A DNA stretch of 64,000 bases. It comes from the human T2T-CHM13v2.0 reference genome, Homo sapiens. The stretch lies in NCBI RefSeq assembly GCF_009914755.1, contig NC_060926.1; one strand, written 5' to 3'. Both the position numbers and the translations under genes were made by a program. The notes under the pieces were generated by a model. The model was not told the DNA's origin. It worked only from the letters and a program-made list of their open reading frames with translations, and did no database searches. This document shows, piece after piece, positions 28,545-40,506 of this stretch; position 1 is the stretch's first letter, and the number at the start of each line of letters is the position of its first letter.

Positions 28545-28845
28545 GGCCAGGTGCAGCGGCTCACACCTGTAATCCCAGCATTTTTGAAGGCCAAGGCAGG
28601 TGGATCATGAGATCAGGAGATCAAGACCATCCTGGCCAACATGGTGAAACCCCATCTCTACTAAAATACAAAAAACTAGCTGGGCATGGTGGTGTGTGCC
28701 TGTAGTCCCAGCTACTTAGGAAGCTGAGGCAGGGGAATCGCTTGAACCCAGGAGGTGGAAGTTGCAGTGAGCTGAGATCACAACACTGCACTACAGCCTG
28801 GTGACAGAGTGAGACTCCGTCTCAAAATAAATAAATAAATAAATA
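28545..28845 (+). mobile_element. AluSc with (TAAA)n tail
   Basis: 'gatcatgagatcaggagatcaagacc', 'cagcctggtgacaga'; TSD ataatatg. Confidence 0.96.
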
Positions 28846-28989
28846 TAATATGATTTTTATATTATAGCACCTGTACATTACAAGACTGAAATCTGTCTCA
28901 TTTTTTAAAGTAACTGCCTAATACTTTGTGCATGAACATCCCATGCCTTCAAATTGAATTGAGGATCAACCTCAGTTAGATATTTTCAT

Positions 28990-29180
28990 AAAATAAATTT
29001 TAAAACATATAAAAAGATGAAAAATATGAGGGAAACATTAAGTGAAATAGAATTTGAATTCATAAGTTGTGATATCCACCTAAATGAGTCACCAAGAGAT
29101 AAAACATGAAAAATGGAAAACAAATACAGAAATAATAGAAGAAAACTTTAAAAGGTAGAGAATAACGAAACACATGCTAT
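28990..29180 (+). mobile_element. Old L1 ORF1 / HAL1-like fragment
   Basis: 'gatgaaaaatatgagggaaacattaagtga...atccacctaaatgagtcacc...gaaataatagaagaaaactt'. Confidence 0.45.
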
Positions 29181-29469
29181 AATGTCACCACCCAGTCAAT
29201 GCTAAGTTAAATGGATTTGTTGAGAAGACTACAAAGCAAGTATAAATGTTGAGTATGTGTGTGCACATGTGTGTGTATGTGTGCAGCCCTATATAAAATG
29301 TTTTAAAAATCACTTTTATTGAAATATTGCATAAGCACATCTAAGAACAAATTTTAAGACTGATGAATTTTTACATTGTTAACACAGCCATTTAACTATC
29401 AGCTAAGACAGGAAAAAAACATAATCAGCCACTGTCACCTTGTTTTAGATTCACTATCAATCATTACTC

Positions 29470-29761
29470 TTTTTTAATTTGAGACAGAGTCTCAGTCTGT
29501 TGCTCAGGCTGGAGTACAGTGGTGTCACCTTGGCTCACCGCAACCTCCACCCCCAGGTTCAAGCAATTCTCATGCCTCAGCCTCCCAAGTAGCTAGGATT
29601 ACAGGCACCCACTGCAATGCCAAGCTAATTTTTGTAATTTCAGTAGAGACAGGGTTTTGCCATATTGGCCAGGCTGGTCTCGAACTCCTGGCCTCAAGCA
29701 ATTTGCCAACCTCAGCCTCCTAAAGTGCTGGGATTACAGGCATGAGTTACCATGCCTGGCC
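29470..29761 (-). mobile_element. AluJ-like
   Basis: Antisense dimer with J diagnostic 'ctcctggcctcaagcaat'; TSD cattactcttttt/cattcctcttttt. Confidence 0.95.
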
Positions 29762-30077
29762 CATTCCTCTTTTTTTAATACCCCAGGCAACTAATATCCT
29801 AATTTATCATACAAGAGATTGGTTTTGCCTGGGTGTTGAACTTTACATAAAGGAAATATCAGTACATTATTTGCCATATTGATCTATGTTGTTTTATGTA
29901 ACAATAATGCATATTTATTCATTGTTCCATAGTATTCCGTGTAGAAATAGATCACAATTTAGTTGTTATTTCTTCTACTAATGGATATATTAGGGTTGGT
30001 TTCAGTTATTGTTATTATGAATATGATGCTTTAAATATTCTTGTTTTTTTAAGTAAAAATATGTGCAGATTTATAGC

Positions 30078-30520
30078 TGAACAGAAAAAGCTCCGTCTTT
30101 TAACCTGGATATCTGGATTTTTTACTCTTGGTGAAGATAACTGCAATGAGATTTATCACGTATGATTAAAAGTCAAGAAATGATTCCTGGTAACCTGCAG
30201 GGTCTGTTTTTTACTGATGGGTTACAGCTGGCCTAATTGGTTTGAGAAACCTAGCTTGATTACATGGACAAGGAGACACAAAAGGGTTGTTGAGAATTTC
30301 TCCTCCAAGCCCTCCTGAAAGCAAGATTCCTAGCACAGAATCATGGTGGTTCACACTGGAGACAGAATGCACACTCTGTGTCTGTGAACATTGGACGTCT
30401 TTCAGACTCCCAGTCCATGCCTGCACTCTCACTTGCTGCACCATATCCTTTGCCTTTAAATAAAAGCCCCATGTAAGTATGTTCTGTGGAATGTGGTGGT
30501 TCCTTTCAAATATCCAAACA
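30078..30520 (+). mobile_element. Probable old ERVL-type LTR inserted in L1, family unresolved
   Basis: Non-L1 insert between L1 segments with 'atatcctttgcctttaaataaaagccccatgtaagtat' poly(A) signal/U5 pattern. Confidence 0.45.
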
Positions 30521-30744
30521 GGAAGCTTTTCGGTATGTATACATTTCTATTGAGAATATACCTAAGAATGAACTTGCTATTTGCTGGTTCGTATATATAT
30601 ATATTTATATATTGATCTTTAGGCAAAATTTGCAAGTAAAATACACAAAAAAATTCTTGAGCCATTAGAGAATAAGTTACTGACCTGATTCCCAATTATC
30701 ACCAAATATTTTGGGGTTTATTCTTTACAAACAGGATTTATCCT

Positions 30745-31620
30745 TCATGTTCACAACACAACTGTCAGCATTGGTTGTATTCCCACTAATACGCTGTTAC
30801 TGTCTAATCCTCAGACCCTATTCAAGACCCTGGCACTCTACATTAAGTTACCCCTGTGTGTAGTTACCCTCTTCACTCTACTCTGGCTCCAACACCTCCT
30901 GCTTGGCCACCCTCATTCTTGGATGCCATCCTTGGGCTCCGACCTACTCCCTAGATTATCATCCATTTCACATAGATACTCTTCTCATCCTTCCTGGGCT
31001 AACCCCACATGGGCGCTCACCCCACCCTGCTCAGTCAGGCTCTGACAATCCAACCATGCTACATCACTGTGATGATGCCCTTTTCATCTTGCTTGCGTTT
31101 TGCCACCACTTCTACGTGGACTCCTTCTCCTGTTCTTTGGCTTCAATACCTGGCACCTTGGAGCCCTCTTAACAGATACCGCTTTCATTCTATTTAGACC
31201 AGAAAAATCCCACAATGACCTGCCTTTTCTACATGCAAATCCTTTTCATCCCATTCTGTGCCACTGCCTTACATGGGTGTTCTCTTCCCACTAGCCTGTT
31301 GGGTTTAGACACCAGGTGATGGATAATATGTCTATCTGGATGCTCCCTCACATTGCTTTGATTCTGACACCCCACATGGGTCACCTACCTGCATTGAAGC
31401 CCTCACTCAGTGTGGCTTCAATCCACATGAGGCAGCCTTCTTCTGTAGACAGAAGAATTGACCATTTTTCCCTATTCTAAAAATTTACCATTTCCCCAAA
31501 GAGCATGGGTTTCTTTCATGGAGAAATAGTGTTTGGATACAAAGGTCTAGAGGCCAGGTGTTCTAGGTTCTCTGACTTCACAAAGCTAAGAAATACACAT
31601 GCATATACCAACCAAAGCAT
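30745..31620 (-). mobile_element. L1MC4/L1MC5-like 3' UTR with its internal degenerate tandem repeat
   Basis: 'ccatttccccaaagagcatgggtttctttcatggagaaatagtgtttggatacaaaggtct' and recurring 'ggctctgacaccccacatggg...tggatgccctc' units. Confidence 0.7.
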
Positions 31621-31623
31621 ACC

Positions 31624-32044
31624 GTAAGGGTAAAATGGTGACTTGTTTGAGGTTGGAGCTCACTATCTCTCCATCCCCCTTCCTTAGAGTATTTCCTTGA
31701 AATCTTAATGGGTCCAAATAACAGGTTTGCCTTTTTGATTTTGCAATGGAATAATGGGGACTTTCTGACACTTGGAATTGTAAGCAAATGCCTCCAAAAC
31801 TTACTTGGGAGTTTTCACTAGAGGACTATCTTAGGATGTAGCCCTTTGTCTCTTGAGGAGATGAGAAGTTATTCTTTCTTCTGCTTTGCTAAATGAATTA
31901 TGTGAAAGTCTGTCTAGACTTTTTAGTCACTTTTGTAGTACCTACGTGCATAGAAATCTGACTATGTTCATGTAGTAATAAACTGTGTTCTCTTTTCTAG
32001 GTTGGTTCAGAGAGGTCTTTGTTAGTATTATTTTATTTCCAACA
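31624..32044 (+). mobile_element. Probable old ERV1 solo LTR (MER90/MER110-like)
   Basis: 'gtaataaaactgtgttctctttt' and terminal 'ttattttatttccaaca'. Confidence 0.45.
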
Positions 32045-32414
32045 AATATACACCCTATATTTCTGTATTGTTACTTTCTAGAGATGGATGACTTTGGATG
32101 GTCAAATATTGATAGAAAGGCACTAGTGAAAAGTAATTCAGAAAAAACACATTTACAGATTTGGTGACAGGAAATAAAGAATTTTTTCATGTTGAGCTCC
32201 AATTATATCTGAAAGGTAGAAGGGAAGTCATTAATTGAGAGTATACATGGAATTGGAGGAGGAAGTTTTGAGAAAAGTGGAGGCTTATAAAATTAAAATA
32301 GTTGTTTCCAATAATGTGAAATAGAACTGATTAAAGAACAAAGCAGACATGATTGCCGAGGAGTCTCTCAGATGAGTTCACGTTGATCACTGTAGTCTAT
32401 TGTTTCACAATAAC

Positions 32415-32588
32415 TCATTCCAAAGCAAGCTGCATATTGGATTCACCTGGGATCTTTTAAGATATACTGATTCCTAGGTCCCACCTGCAGAGATTCTGTT
32501 GTAATCACTCAGGAATCTGACATCAGCATCCAGATTTCAAAAGTTCCCCAAGTGATTCTAAAGTGTCCTGAACACCAAGAACCATTGA
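32415..32588. mobile_element. MER5B-like MITE
   Basis: 'gctgcatattggattcacctggg...cagagattctg...ccccaagtgattcta...agaaccattg'. Confidence 0.75.
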
Positions 32589-32884
32589 CTCAGATAGAAT
32601 GTTCATCACTTTTACTGTTTTCCACAAAAACCTACCCATGTAAAGCACTTGTGAGGATAGAAAAGTTTATTGAAAATTAGAAATTGAGAGTTGAAATGGC
32701 AAACAAATTTAGTCAAATTAAATTCTGAGTTTTAAAATTTTCCTGTGGCCACCCCAAGAGTGTGGAACTTTCTCTGGGCCTTCACCCCATTGTCTCCAAA
32801 CTCAAATCATTTCACTAACTCTTCTCCACCTCCCAGTCTCTGTTTTCTGCCTGCCTCTTCCTAGTCTACCTGACTCTGGGAACT

Positions 32885-32965
32885 ATAGGTTGGTGCAAAA
32901 GTAACTGCAGTTTTTGCCATTAAAATTGATGTCAAAAACCACAAATTACTTTTGCACCAACCTAA
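32885..32965. mobile_element. MADE1 (Hsmar1-derived MITE)
   Basis: 'taggttggtgcaaaagtaa...ttacttttgcaccaaccta' inverted termini with TA flanks. Confidence 0.96.
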
Positions 32966-33464
32966 TAAAACTTCTCACTCCATTACTCAGAGTGGTTCAG
33001 CTCTCACTGACAACCTGGTGTGCTCCATTTTCCTTTAGCATGGACTATAGCTATTCATCACTTTTGAGAATTTTTAAGAGGCAATATTCTTGCATGTGAT
33101 CTGGTTTATAGAACCAGGATAAAAGGTCAATGCTGACTCCAGAGTTTTGCAGTCCCAGGAGCTCCTCAGAAATATGTGGCAGAGACAGACCTGCAGGATA
33201 AAGACAAGATATGCATTCTTTTCTCATTCACTCCATAGATAGCTAGTAACAGCCTACCATATCTTAGTTCAATGAAGGAAAAAAGATAGACAAATAGATA
33301 CAGTAGAGTGTAGTCCATATAATGGTTTAGTATACACAGGAAGTATACAAGTACAGTAACATCTGGACAAGCTAGAGGTTGGGAGAAGAAGGGAATTGAG
33401 AGAGCATTGCAAGAAGTGAAGAACCCAGGGTTTGAGCTAGCCTCCTGAATCCACATGTATAGAG

Positions 33465-33660
33465 CTGTAGAATTGGAATACTACAAAGGATGTTAGAAAT
33501 CATCTAATCTAATCACCCTTTGTTACAGATTATAAAATAGAAGTCTCATAGCCTAGGAGTTGAACTGAATTGCAGAAAGTCCCATAACAAGTCAGGGGCA
33601 GTGCCAGGATCAAATTGGCATCTGGGTTCATTGACGACTGGCCCAGTGATACTCCCTCAA
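33465..33660 (-). mobile_element. MIR/MIR3 fragment
   Basis: 'aggatgttagaaatcatctaatctaatcaccctttgttacagat'. Confidence 0.55.
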
Positions 33661-35192
33661 CAGGTGAATTTCTAAGGTTCTATGAGCACTACTACAGGAG
33701 GGAGTAGCCCAGCAATAGGGTCTCTGGTGGCAGTAGAGGCCTAAACCTACATGGCTTACACCTCTGTCTGCAAAGTGACTGACTCATTTCAGCCATATCT
33801 GTGCACTCTGCAGTACCTCTGCTCAGAAGGTACCACTGGGGGAAATGCTAGATAGATAATTTGACTTGAGCATAGAGTGGGAGGGAAGGGCACATACTGA
33901 AAATAGGGAGGAGAATGAGAAACCTGAATCAAGAACCAGCCTAACAAATATTATGCCTTTGAATTATAAAGCAGGCATATGGTCTGGCTTTAGAAAATTA
34001 CAGGACAGCAAAGAAGAGCAAATAAGACTAGAAAATTGTGACTTTGGGACCTTGTGTCTGAAATAAATGGAGAGACACTTTGGGGAGTGGCAGGCAATGA
34101 AAACACATCTACCATCTGAGGAGGTGACTTAGAGAAATTCAAAACAGCATTTTTTTTAAGTCCAATTCAAATATAGTCAAGTGAGGGAGGGTAGATCATT
34201 CATTCGCAACTCACTGTGTTTAGTTTCTTAAAAGCTGGCCGAATTAAAAAAAAAAAAAACATTTTTGAATGGGGCAGTTCTAGTGTCAGTTGCTCTCACT
34301 TTTCCTTTTTACTTACCCACTACTAAAAACTACCACAGAGACATTCTCTACATTCAGTTACTTAGATTTACTTTTCCCACTTTCCACATTTTTAATTATA
34401 GCCTAGGAAACTTCTTTGCTTGGAGAAAGACATTCTTATATTAAAACATAAAACTTTTCGCAAGCATCCGCTAAGTTCATCCAGAAAGCAATTTCTTCAT
34501 TACACACCAGAGGTCAGTATTGGATTATTAATTTACACGAGCTGTTAATTTTTACTTTCCCAGTAATAAAAATGAGAAACAAAATACCAAAAATTGTTAT
34601 TGTATTAGAGATTTGGTGTTAGTTCCTTAAGCAAGTATCATCTGTGCAGACATGCATAGATCATTAATGGCTTAAGAAAAATACAAAAGAAAAAGAAAAA
34701 AGCCATCACAATGAAGGTGGTCTTTGTTCTTCAGGAAGGTGGCCTTTGTTCTTTAGGAAGACATCCATGACTCATTCCAGGCACATTAATTATGCCGCTT
34801 TTACACAAAAGTTAGTTACTCTTATATGTGAGAATTGTTCACAACTAGCAGTATTAGTGGACATGCTGGCAGTGAATTGGAAAGATAATGATAGTTTTTA
34901 GAGTCTTATTCAAATCTGCATATCTACAATAGTGTAACAGTTTGGGATGGCCAAAGTTACAGATAATTTGGACAAATAAAATACGGGCCCAGCAGTAAAA
35001 TAATGACTGTATCTCCAGAAGCTTTAAGATTAAATGGAAAGAAGAAAAGACTAAAGGCAGATCAAGCTATCATGCTGACTACAGACATATTAAAGGCTTT
35101 CCACAGAAAGAGAAAATAAATTAGTCTTGTTTTACTCTAGTCAAGAGGGTAGAATTATAGAAATGGAGATTGCAGCTGCATATAAGATAGAA

Positions 35193-35415
35193 TTTTTTTT
35201 TTTTTTTTTTTTTTTTTGAGACGGAGTCTCGCTCTGTCACCCAGGCTGGAGTGCAGTGGTGCGATCTCGGCCCACTGAAACCTCCGCCTCCCAGGTTCAC
35301 ACCATTCTCCTGTCTCAGCCTCACAAGTAGCTGGGACTACAGGTGCCCGCCACCACTCCTGGCTAATTTTTGTGTTTTGTTTTTTTTTTGTATTTTTAGT
35401 AGAGACGGGGTTTCA
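35193..35415 (-). mobile_element. AluY, 5'-truncated
   Basis: Y diagnostics 'ggttcacaccattctcctg', 'gctgggactacagg'; perfect TSD taagatagaattttt. Confidence 0.95.
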
Positions 35416-35599
35416 TAAGATAGAATTTTTAAGACTCATAGCTATTCCAACATTTTTGCCTAGGGTGCTATAAGGAGTGCCAACATCTAGTATCAGAACA
35501 AACTAGATGAATGCCAAAAGCTCTTCTATTCTAAGGTTATATGAGAAGGTGATTATGATGCCAAAGAGTAAATATTCCACAAATTCCAAACCTCCTTCC

Positions 35600-35860
35600 A
35601 GGCATATATATTCGGGTGGCACCTGCTTTAAGAAGTCTCCCTTAATCTGCCAGAATACAGTTTGCTCGTGCTTCTAATACTATGACCATATATTGTCTTT
35701 TGTCATCTTTTGAACCTTATTGTACATTTATGTATTATTTAGCTTTGTGTTGTTATGTCTTATCTAAAACCAAGATTCTTCTTTTAGGAATACATGTTAT
35801 TTTATCCTCTATGACACCTAGAACAATACGATGGAATTAGTAGATACTCAGATAACATTT
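35600..35860 (+). mobile_element. L2 3' fragment
   Basis: 'acctgctttaagaagtctcccttaatc'...'acacctagaacaatac...agtagatactcagataaca'. Confidence 0.55.
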
Positions 35861-35865
35861 GCAGT

Positions 35866-36013
35866 CTGAACCTATTTCCTTATCTATAATGTAATGAATA
35901 AAAACACCCACTTTACCTGCCTCACTGAGCTGTTTTGAAGATCAAATGAAATAATGTGCCTGAAAGCACTTTGAAAAGTATAAAGTATTATACAAATGTA
36001 AGGCATTATTATT
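35866..36013 (+). mobile_element. MIR 3' half
   Basis: 'acctgcctcactgagctgttttgaagatcaaatgaaataatgtgcctgaaagcactttg'. Confidence 0.8.
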
Positions 36014-36859
36014 TCAGAGGGGGGTTCTCTCAGTTATAACCTCCATGTCAGCTTGAACATAACAGTAATAAAGGAACATTTTTTAAAACTTAATCTGAAA
36101 AGAAACTTGTCCCTTCTGGGCACAAATTATAAAACTCCCCAAAAAATGTTTGTATGTATTTTTGTTTGTTTCTAAATAGTATAATGAGCTGTGGTCTTTC
36201 AGGGAAAATGTTGTTCTGATAGAAGTAATTCACAATGTAGAAAATTGCCCTTGTGTACTTTCAGGAAAGAATTGCAAACAAATGAGCTATTTTGTCTTCT
36301 CAAGCAAAGGGACTTCCCAAGCATGGGTAGCAGCTGTTCAAGTCCATCTGGTCAAGAATTCACTAAGATCATAATATGAAAGTTGCTCAAATGCCGATTT
36401 GCACGACAGCCTGCAAATGTTCCTTTTGAGACGAAATGGTTTCTCAGGCCAATAATCTGCATGTTTAAAAGTCTCTAAATACAAGTTTATGGAATAATTC
36501 ATAACAGCTTTAAGGAACTATCATGGTACACTGGGAAAGTGTTCCATATTGCAGGATAGATTTCTTCTGTTGGCTGGTGAGCATTTGTTTATAGTCTGCC
36601 TTGACTGTATCACAATTTTATAAGTAGTTCTTTTATTTTTTAAAAAGCAACATTTTGGGACAAAATATTGTGAACAAATAAGGAATATGACTATATTTGT
36701 GAAACCCCTTGTTAATTTCCAAGTGATATTTTAAACCTTGAATAAGACATGTATGCTCATAAATAAGGAGGGAAAAGAAATAATTAACTCAATGTTCATA
36801 AGAGCTTCTCAGAAAATAAGAAAATAAGAAAGAGATAAGTGATAGAATTATAATCTGCA

Positions 36860-37070
36860 TTCTACCCTAATAGTATCTTTGCATCACTTCTTAAGCTTTG
36901 TTTAGTATTTTAACATGCCGTTTCTTATTACATGTGAAGAATGCTGTGAGGTAGCATGTCAATGTTTTGCAGATGAATAAACTGATGTTAAAAGAGGTTA
37001 AGTGACTGATTTTGTACTTCCATTATCTCGAAAGCGCAACTAAAACTGCACTTAGGATTGCCACTCCTGT
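36860..37070 (-). mobile_element. MIR fragment
   Basis: 'gttttgcagatgaataaactgatgttaaaagaggttaagtgact'. Confidence 0.65.
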
Positions 37071-38180
37071 CTGGGGCCATGGCTTTGGTCCTATTTTCTG
37101 CAAGCCTCTGGATGACCTCTGTCCACCCACTGCCTCTGAGTGCTCTCCTCACCTTGGCCTTCCTCCCTGGTTTTAGTCCAACACCTGTCACCGCTCTTCA
37201 GAATCCTCATGAAACTTCAGGAAAATTGACTGGGTAGGGCTTGTTTCAGAATTATCCTCCAGAATTCTAGGGCTGATTTAGAATTCAGAGAAAGAAACAA
37301 AAGCGCTTATCAAAGTATCTGTTCTAGAGGTAAGCTCAGAGGCACCATGGCAATCCCCACATTTCCCTAGGATATCTTCAGAAATACCTGATATTGCCAT
37401 CTCAGGCCCAGATATCATCCATCAGCTGAAGGCCATGGGCAACATTCACATCTTCAGAGTAAAGACTGTTTTAGAAGTCCGTGGGCAATCACCAGTCACA
37501 CAGGGAGTTCCAGGGACCAGCCAGTTGTTCCTTTCATGAGTTAGGAGGCAGTAAGGACATCACAGTGATCATTTCCACTGAAAACGCAAATGTAATCCAC
37601 TCTGCTACTCAGCAGTTAATGCTGACTTTTGAAAATTATAAAGCAATTATCACCATGGTCTCCTTCTAGGTTTATCAGTGCAAGTCAGCTCAGAAAACTT
37701 TCATTCCTTCAGTATATCCAGCTACAGCTAATCAGAAAGGGAACAATGAAAACAGGCTGACATTTGATTCAGAGGTTCTGGAAAGAAAGTGGACCTGGCA
37801 ACAAAGTGACTGCACTTAGAATCCCCCAACCTAATGTATTCAGGGTCCAGGGTAGACCATCTGGGGCTACAGGGGAGAGAAGCCAGTTTCAGAGGCTATT
37901 ATAAGCAGCTCTGATTAACATCTTAGGACCACAAGACAAATTATCATTGGTATTTGGAGGCAAAAGGTCTTGGATGCTCTGGGCCTGGGTGAATATCTGG
38001 GTCTAACACAATTCTCAGAAAGGCCCTCTGGGTCCATTCCCGATGTGTTAACAAAATGCCTGAAACACAGTGGGGTTTGAGCAAATGATAGAATGAATGT
38101 TTATGGAAGGACAATTGTCTGACCTCGTCTACTACATCCTTTAAAGAAAGGTTCTCAGAATTTATGGTTAAAGTATTGTA

Positions 38181-38405
38181 TAGGTTGAGCATTCCTAATC
38201 CAAAAATCTGAAATTCACATTTTTTGAATACTGACACGATGCTCAAAGGTCCTGCTCAAAAGGAAATGCTCATTAAAGATTTTCAGATTTCAGATTTTTG
38301 AATTTGGGATGTCAACCAGTAAGTTTAATGCAAATATTGAAAAATTTTTTAAAAATCCAAAACACATCTTGTCCTGAGAATTTTGGATAAGGAATACTCA
38401 ACCTG
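38181..38405. mobile_element. Tigger4a (MER46/Zombi) TcMar MITE
   Basis: TIRs 'taggttgagcattcctaatcc' / 'ggataaggaatactcaacctg'; TA target duplications. Confidence 0.9.
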
Positions 38406-38444
38406 TATTTCAATTGTTTGCTTGTTTGCCCTGTCATCAAAAAT

Positions 38445-38770
38445 GACCCAGGTGCGGTGGCTCATGCCTGTAATCCCAGCACTTTGGGAGGCTGAGGCGG
38501 GCAGATCACTTCAGGTCAGGAGTTGGAGACCCGGCCGGCCAACATGGCAAAACTCTGTCTCTACTAAAAATAATTTTAAAAAAATTAGTCTGGCATGGTG
38601 GCAGGCTAATTTTGTAATCTCAGCTACTCAGGGGGCTGAGGCAGGAGAATTGCTTGAGCCCAGGAGGCGGAGGTTGCAGTGAGCCAAGATTATGCCACTG
38701 CACTCCAGCCTGGGTGAGACAGTGAGACTCTGTCTCAAAAAAAAAAAACAAAAAAGAAAAAAAAGAAAGA
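38445..38770 (+). mobile_element. AluS
   Basis: Full dimer with A-rich tail. Confidence 0.96.
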
Positions 38771-38882
38771 ATGAATGAATGAGTTTCTTCAAGAGAGATA
38801 TTGTAGCTTTTTCATGTCCATCACTCCCATGTATAATATGGTTCCATAACAACTCAGTCCTTATGAAACTCCATTCAGTAAG

Positions 38883-38940
38883 GACTCAGTTTTTTCAGAA
38901 TGAACAGACCAAGTAAGACCAATTAATTACTTATTGTCAT
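38883..38940 (+). repeat. Copy 1 (58 bp) of a dispersed direct duplication
   Basis: Identical to 41315-41368 apart from an extra 'aatt'. Confidence 0.95.
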
Positions 38941-39295
38941 GTAGCTCAGATGAGAACGGGCTGGGATTTGAGAAAAGGCTCTGTTACTGAATAGGATCTG
39001 GGTGGATGGATTCCATCACAGATGTAAAGCGAGGCTACAGTAGCCTGTCCAACAGGATCAAGGGATAGCAGGTTGTAGTTCAGATAAGTAGATACCCACG
39101 GAGGGTTGCAAATGAAGTGTTGGCCTGTCCAAACAGTTGGATGCAGTATGAGACAATTCATCCTTACAAGAAGGATAGCAAATTGAAATTAGGAATATTT
39201 GGCATTTCAGAGGAGGGTCCAAGACAGTGGTCCAGGATCCAGGACTGGGATACCCCTTCCTGAGGACGATCACAGGTAACAAAAGAGGATCAAGT

Positions 39296-39337
39296 TGAGG
39301 AATCAGACTTGGGTGCTGAGGAATCAGACTTGGGTGC
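39296..39337. repeat. Perfect 21-bp tandem duplication
   Basis: tgaggaatcagacttgggtgc x2. Confidence 0.95.
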
Positions 39338-40134
39338 CCGGAGAGCAGGAGACTAAGTAACACTGAGATCCACTTAGCAGAACCAGGGTATTTTCTCAGC
39401 ATTAGCTCAGAGACAAAGAAAAAAATGATGAAACCATAGCTTATAGACATGTAGTCATGTAAATCTCCTTAGCATCATTTCAGGATTCATGCTGAAAGTT
39501 AAGGCAATGGTGAAGCTGCAGGAGGGCTTTAGGTGGTCATAGCTCAGGAAGGAAGGGTCTTTCAGAGACTAGAAACTAGGCCTGAGCTAAAATATTTGCA
39601 ATCTTGGATTTGCTTGAGGATGTTCATTCTACTAACAAACAAACGCCAATTTAATTTCCTGATGTTTATTTCAGGAGGTTTACAAGAACTAATTTCCTTG
39701 GAAGTGATTTTTTAAAACATCCATTGTAGAAAATTCTTTTTCTCACTTGTGAACACCTCTGAGAAAGAAGTATTATTTATAAAAGTTGGTACCTGTTGAA
39801 CTATTACAGAGTTGCGGGGAAAAGCCTTCACAGGGTTCACAAGAAAAAGCCGTCTCCAACTATGCCTTACAGACGTATTCTTAAAATAATGACTTGACAT
39901 ATTTATATGTACATCTTTAGCTTAATATCTTACCTAATTGTCCAACAAACTAATTCAATGTTGTTTGCAATACATTAAATGAACAGAAGATAAACTGGGT
40001 AATAGAGAATCCAGAGAGCCTAGTGGCCCATGAAATCACTGGATTTGCAAAGTGATTTTCTCTTCAGCACCGTGCACCATCTGAGAACAAAATCTGTCGG
40101 CAAAGCACTTTAGTGGCAATCAATGGATCAGAAT

Positions 40135-40500
40135 ATAGAGACATTAGGAATGCCACATGGGGTCCAACCAATGGTCCATCCAGGCCAGCACAAAGGCAAC
40201 ATGAGAGGATTTTGGAGAGTGAGGTTGCTCGGTGCGGTATCAGTTTATAATGTTGGGATTATTTAACATACCTTCCCGAAATCATTTTGTGAACTAACAT
40301 GTAACTGTAATCTATCATTTTATACAAATCCCTTGATTTTTTCCCACAGCTCACCCTCTTTGTGTTAGAGTTCCATAAAGGTAATGCCCAATATGTGAAG
40401 AGAAAATTAACATTCCCCTTTTTCTACTTGAAGACTTTCAAACATTTCCTGAAACTTAAACACTTACTGATTCTTTAAACTATCCCCGTTCCACTTTTCT
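40135..40500 (-). mobile_element. Ancient CR1-type LINE relic (Plat_L3/CR1-like 3' end)
   Basis: 'acattaggaatgccacatggggtccaaccaatggtccatccaggccag' and 'gagttccataaaggtaatgcccaatatgtgaaga' resemble amniote CR1 3' ends in antisense. Confidence 0.55.
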
Positions 40501-40506
40501 CTGCAG

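Larger units (their letters stand above)
29305..30640 (-). mobile_element. L1ME-type 3' end, interrupted by an Alu and a probable LTR
   Basis: 'ctgatgaatttttaca', 'ttcattgttccatagtattcc', 'gagaatatacctaagaatgaacttgct'. Confidence 0.7.
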
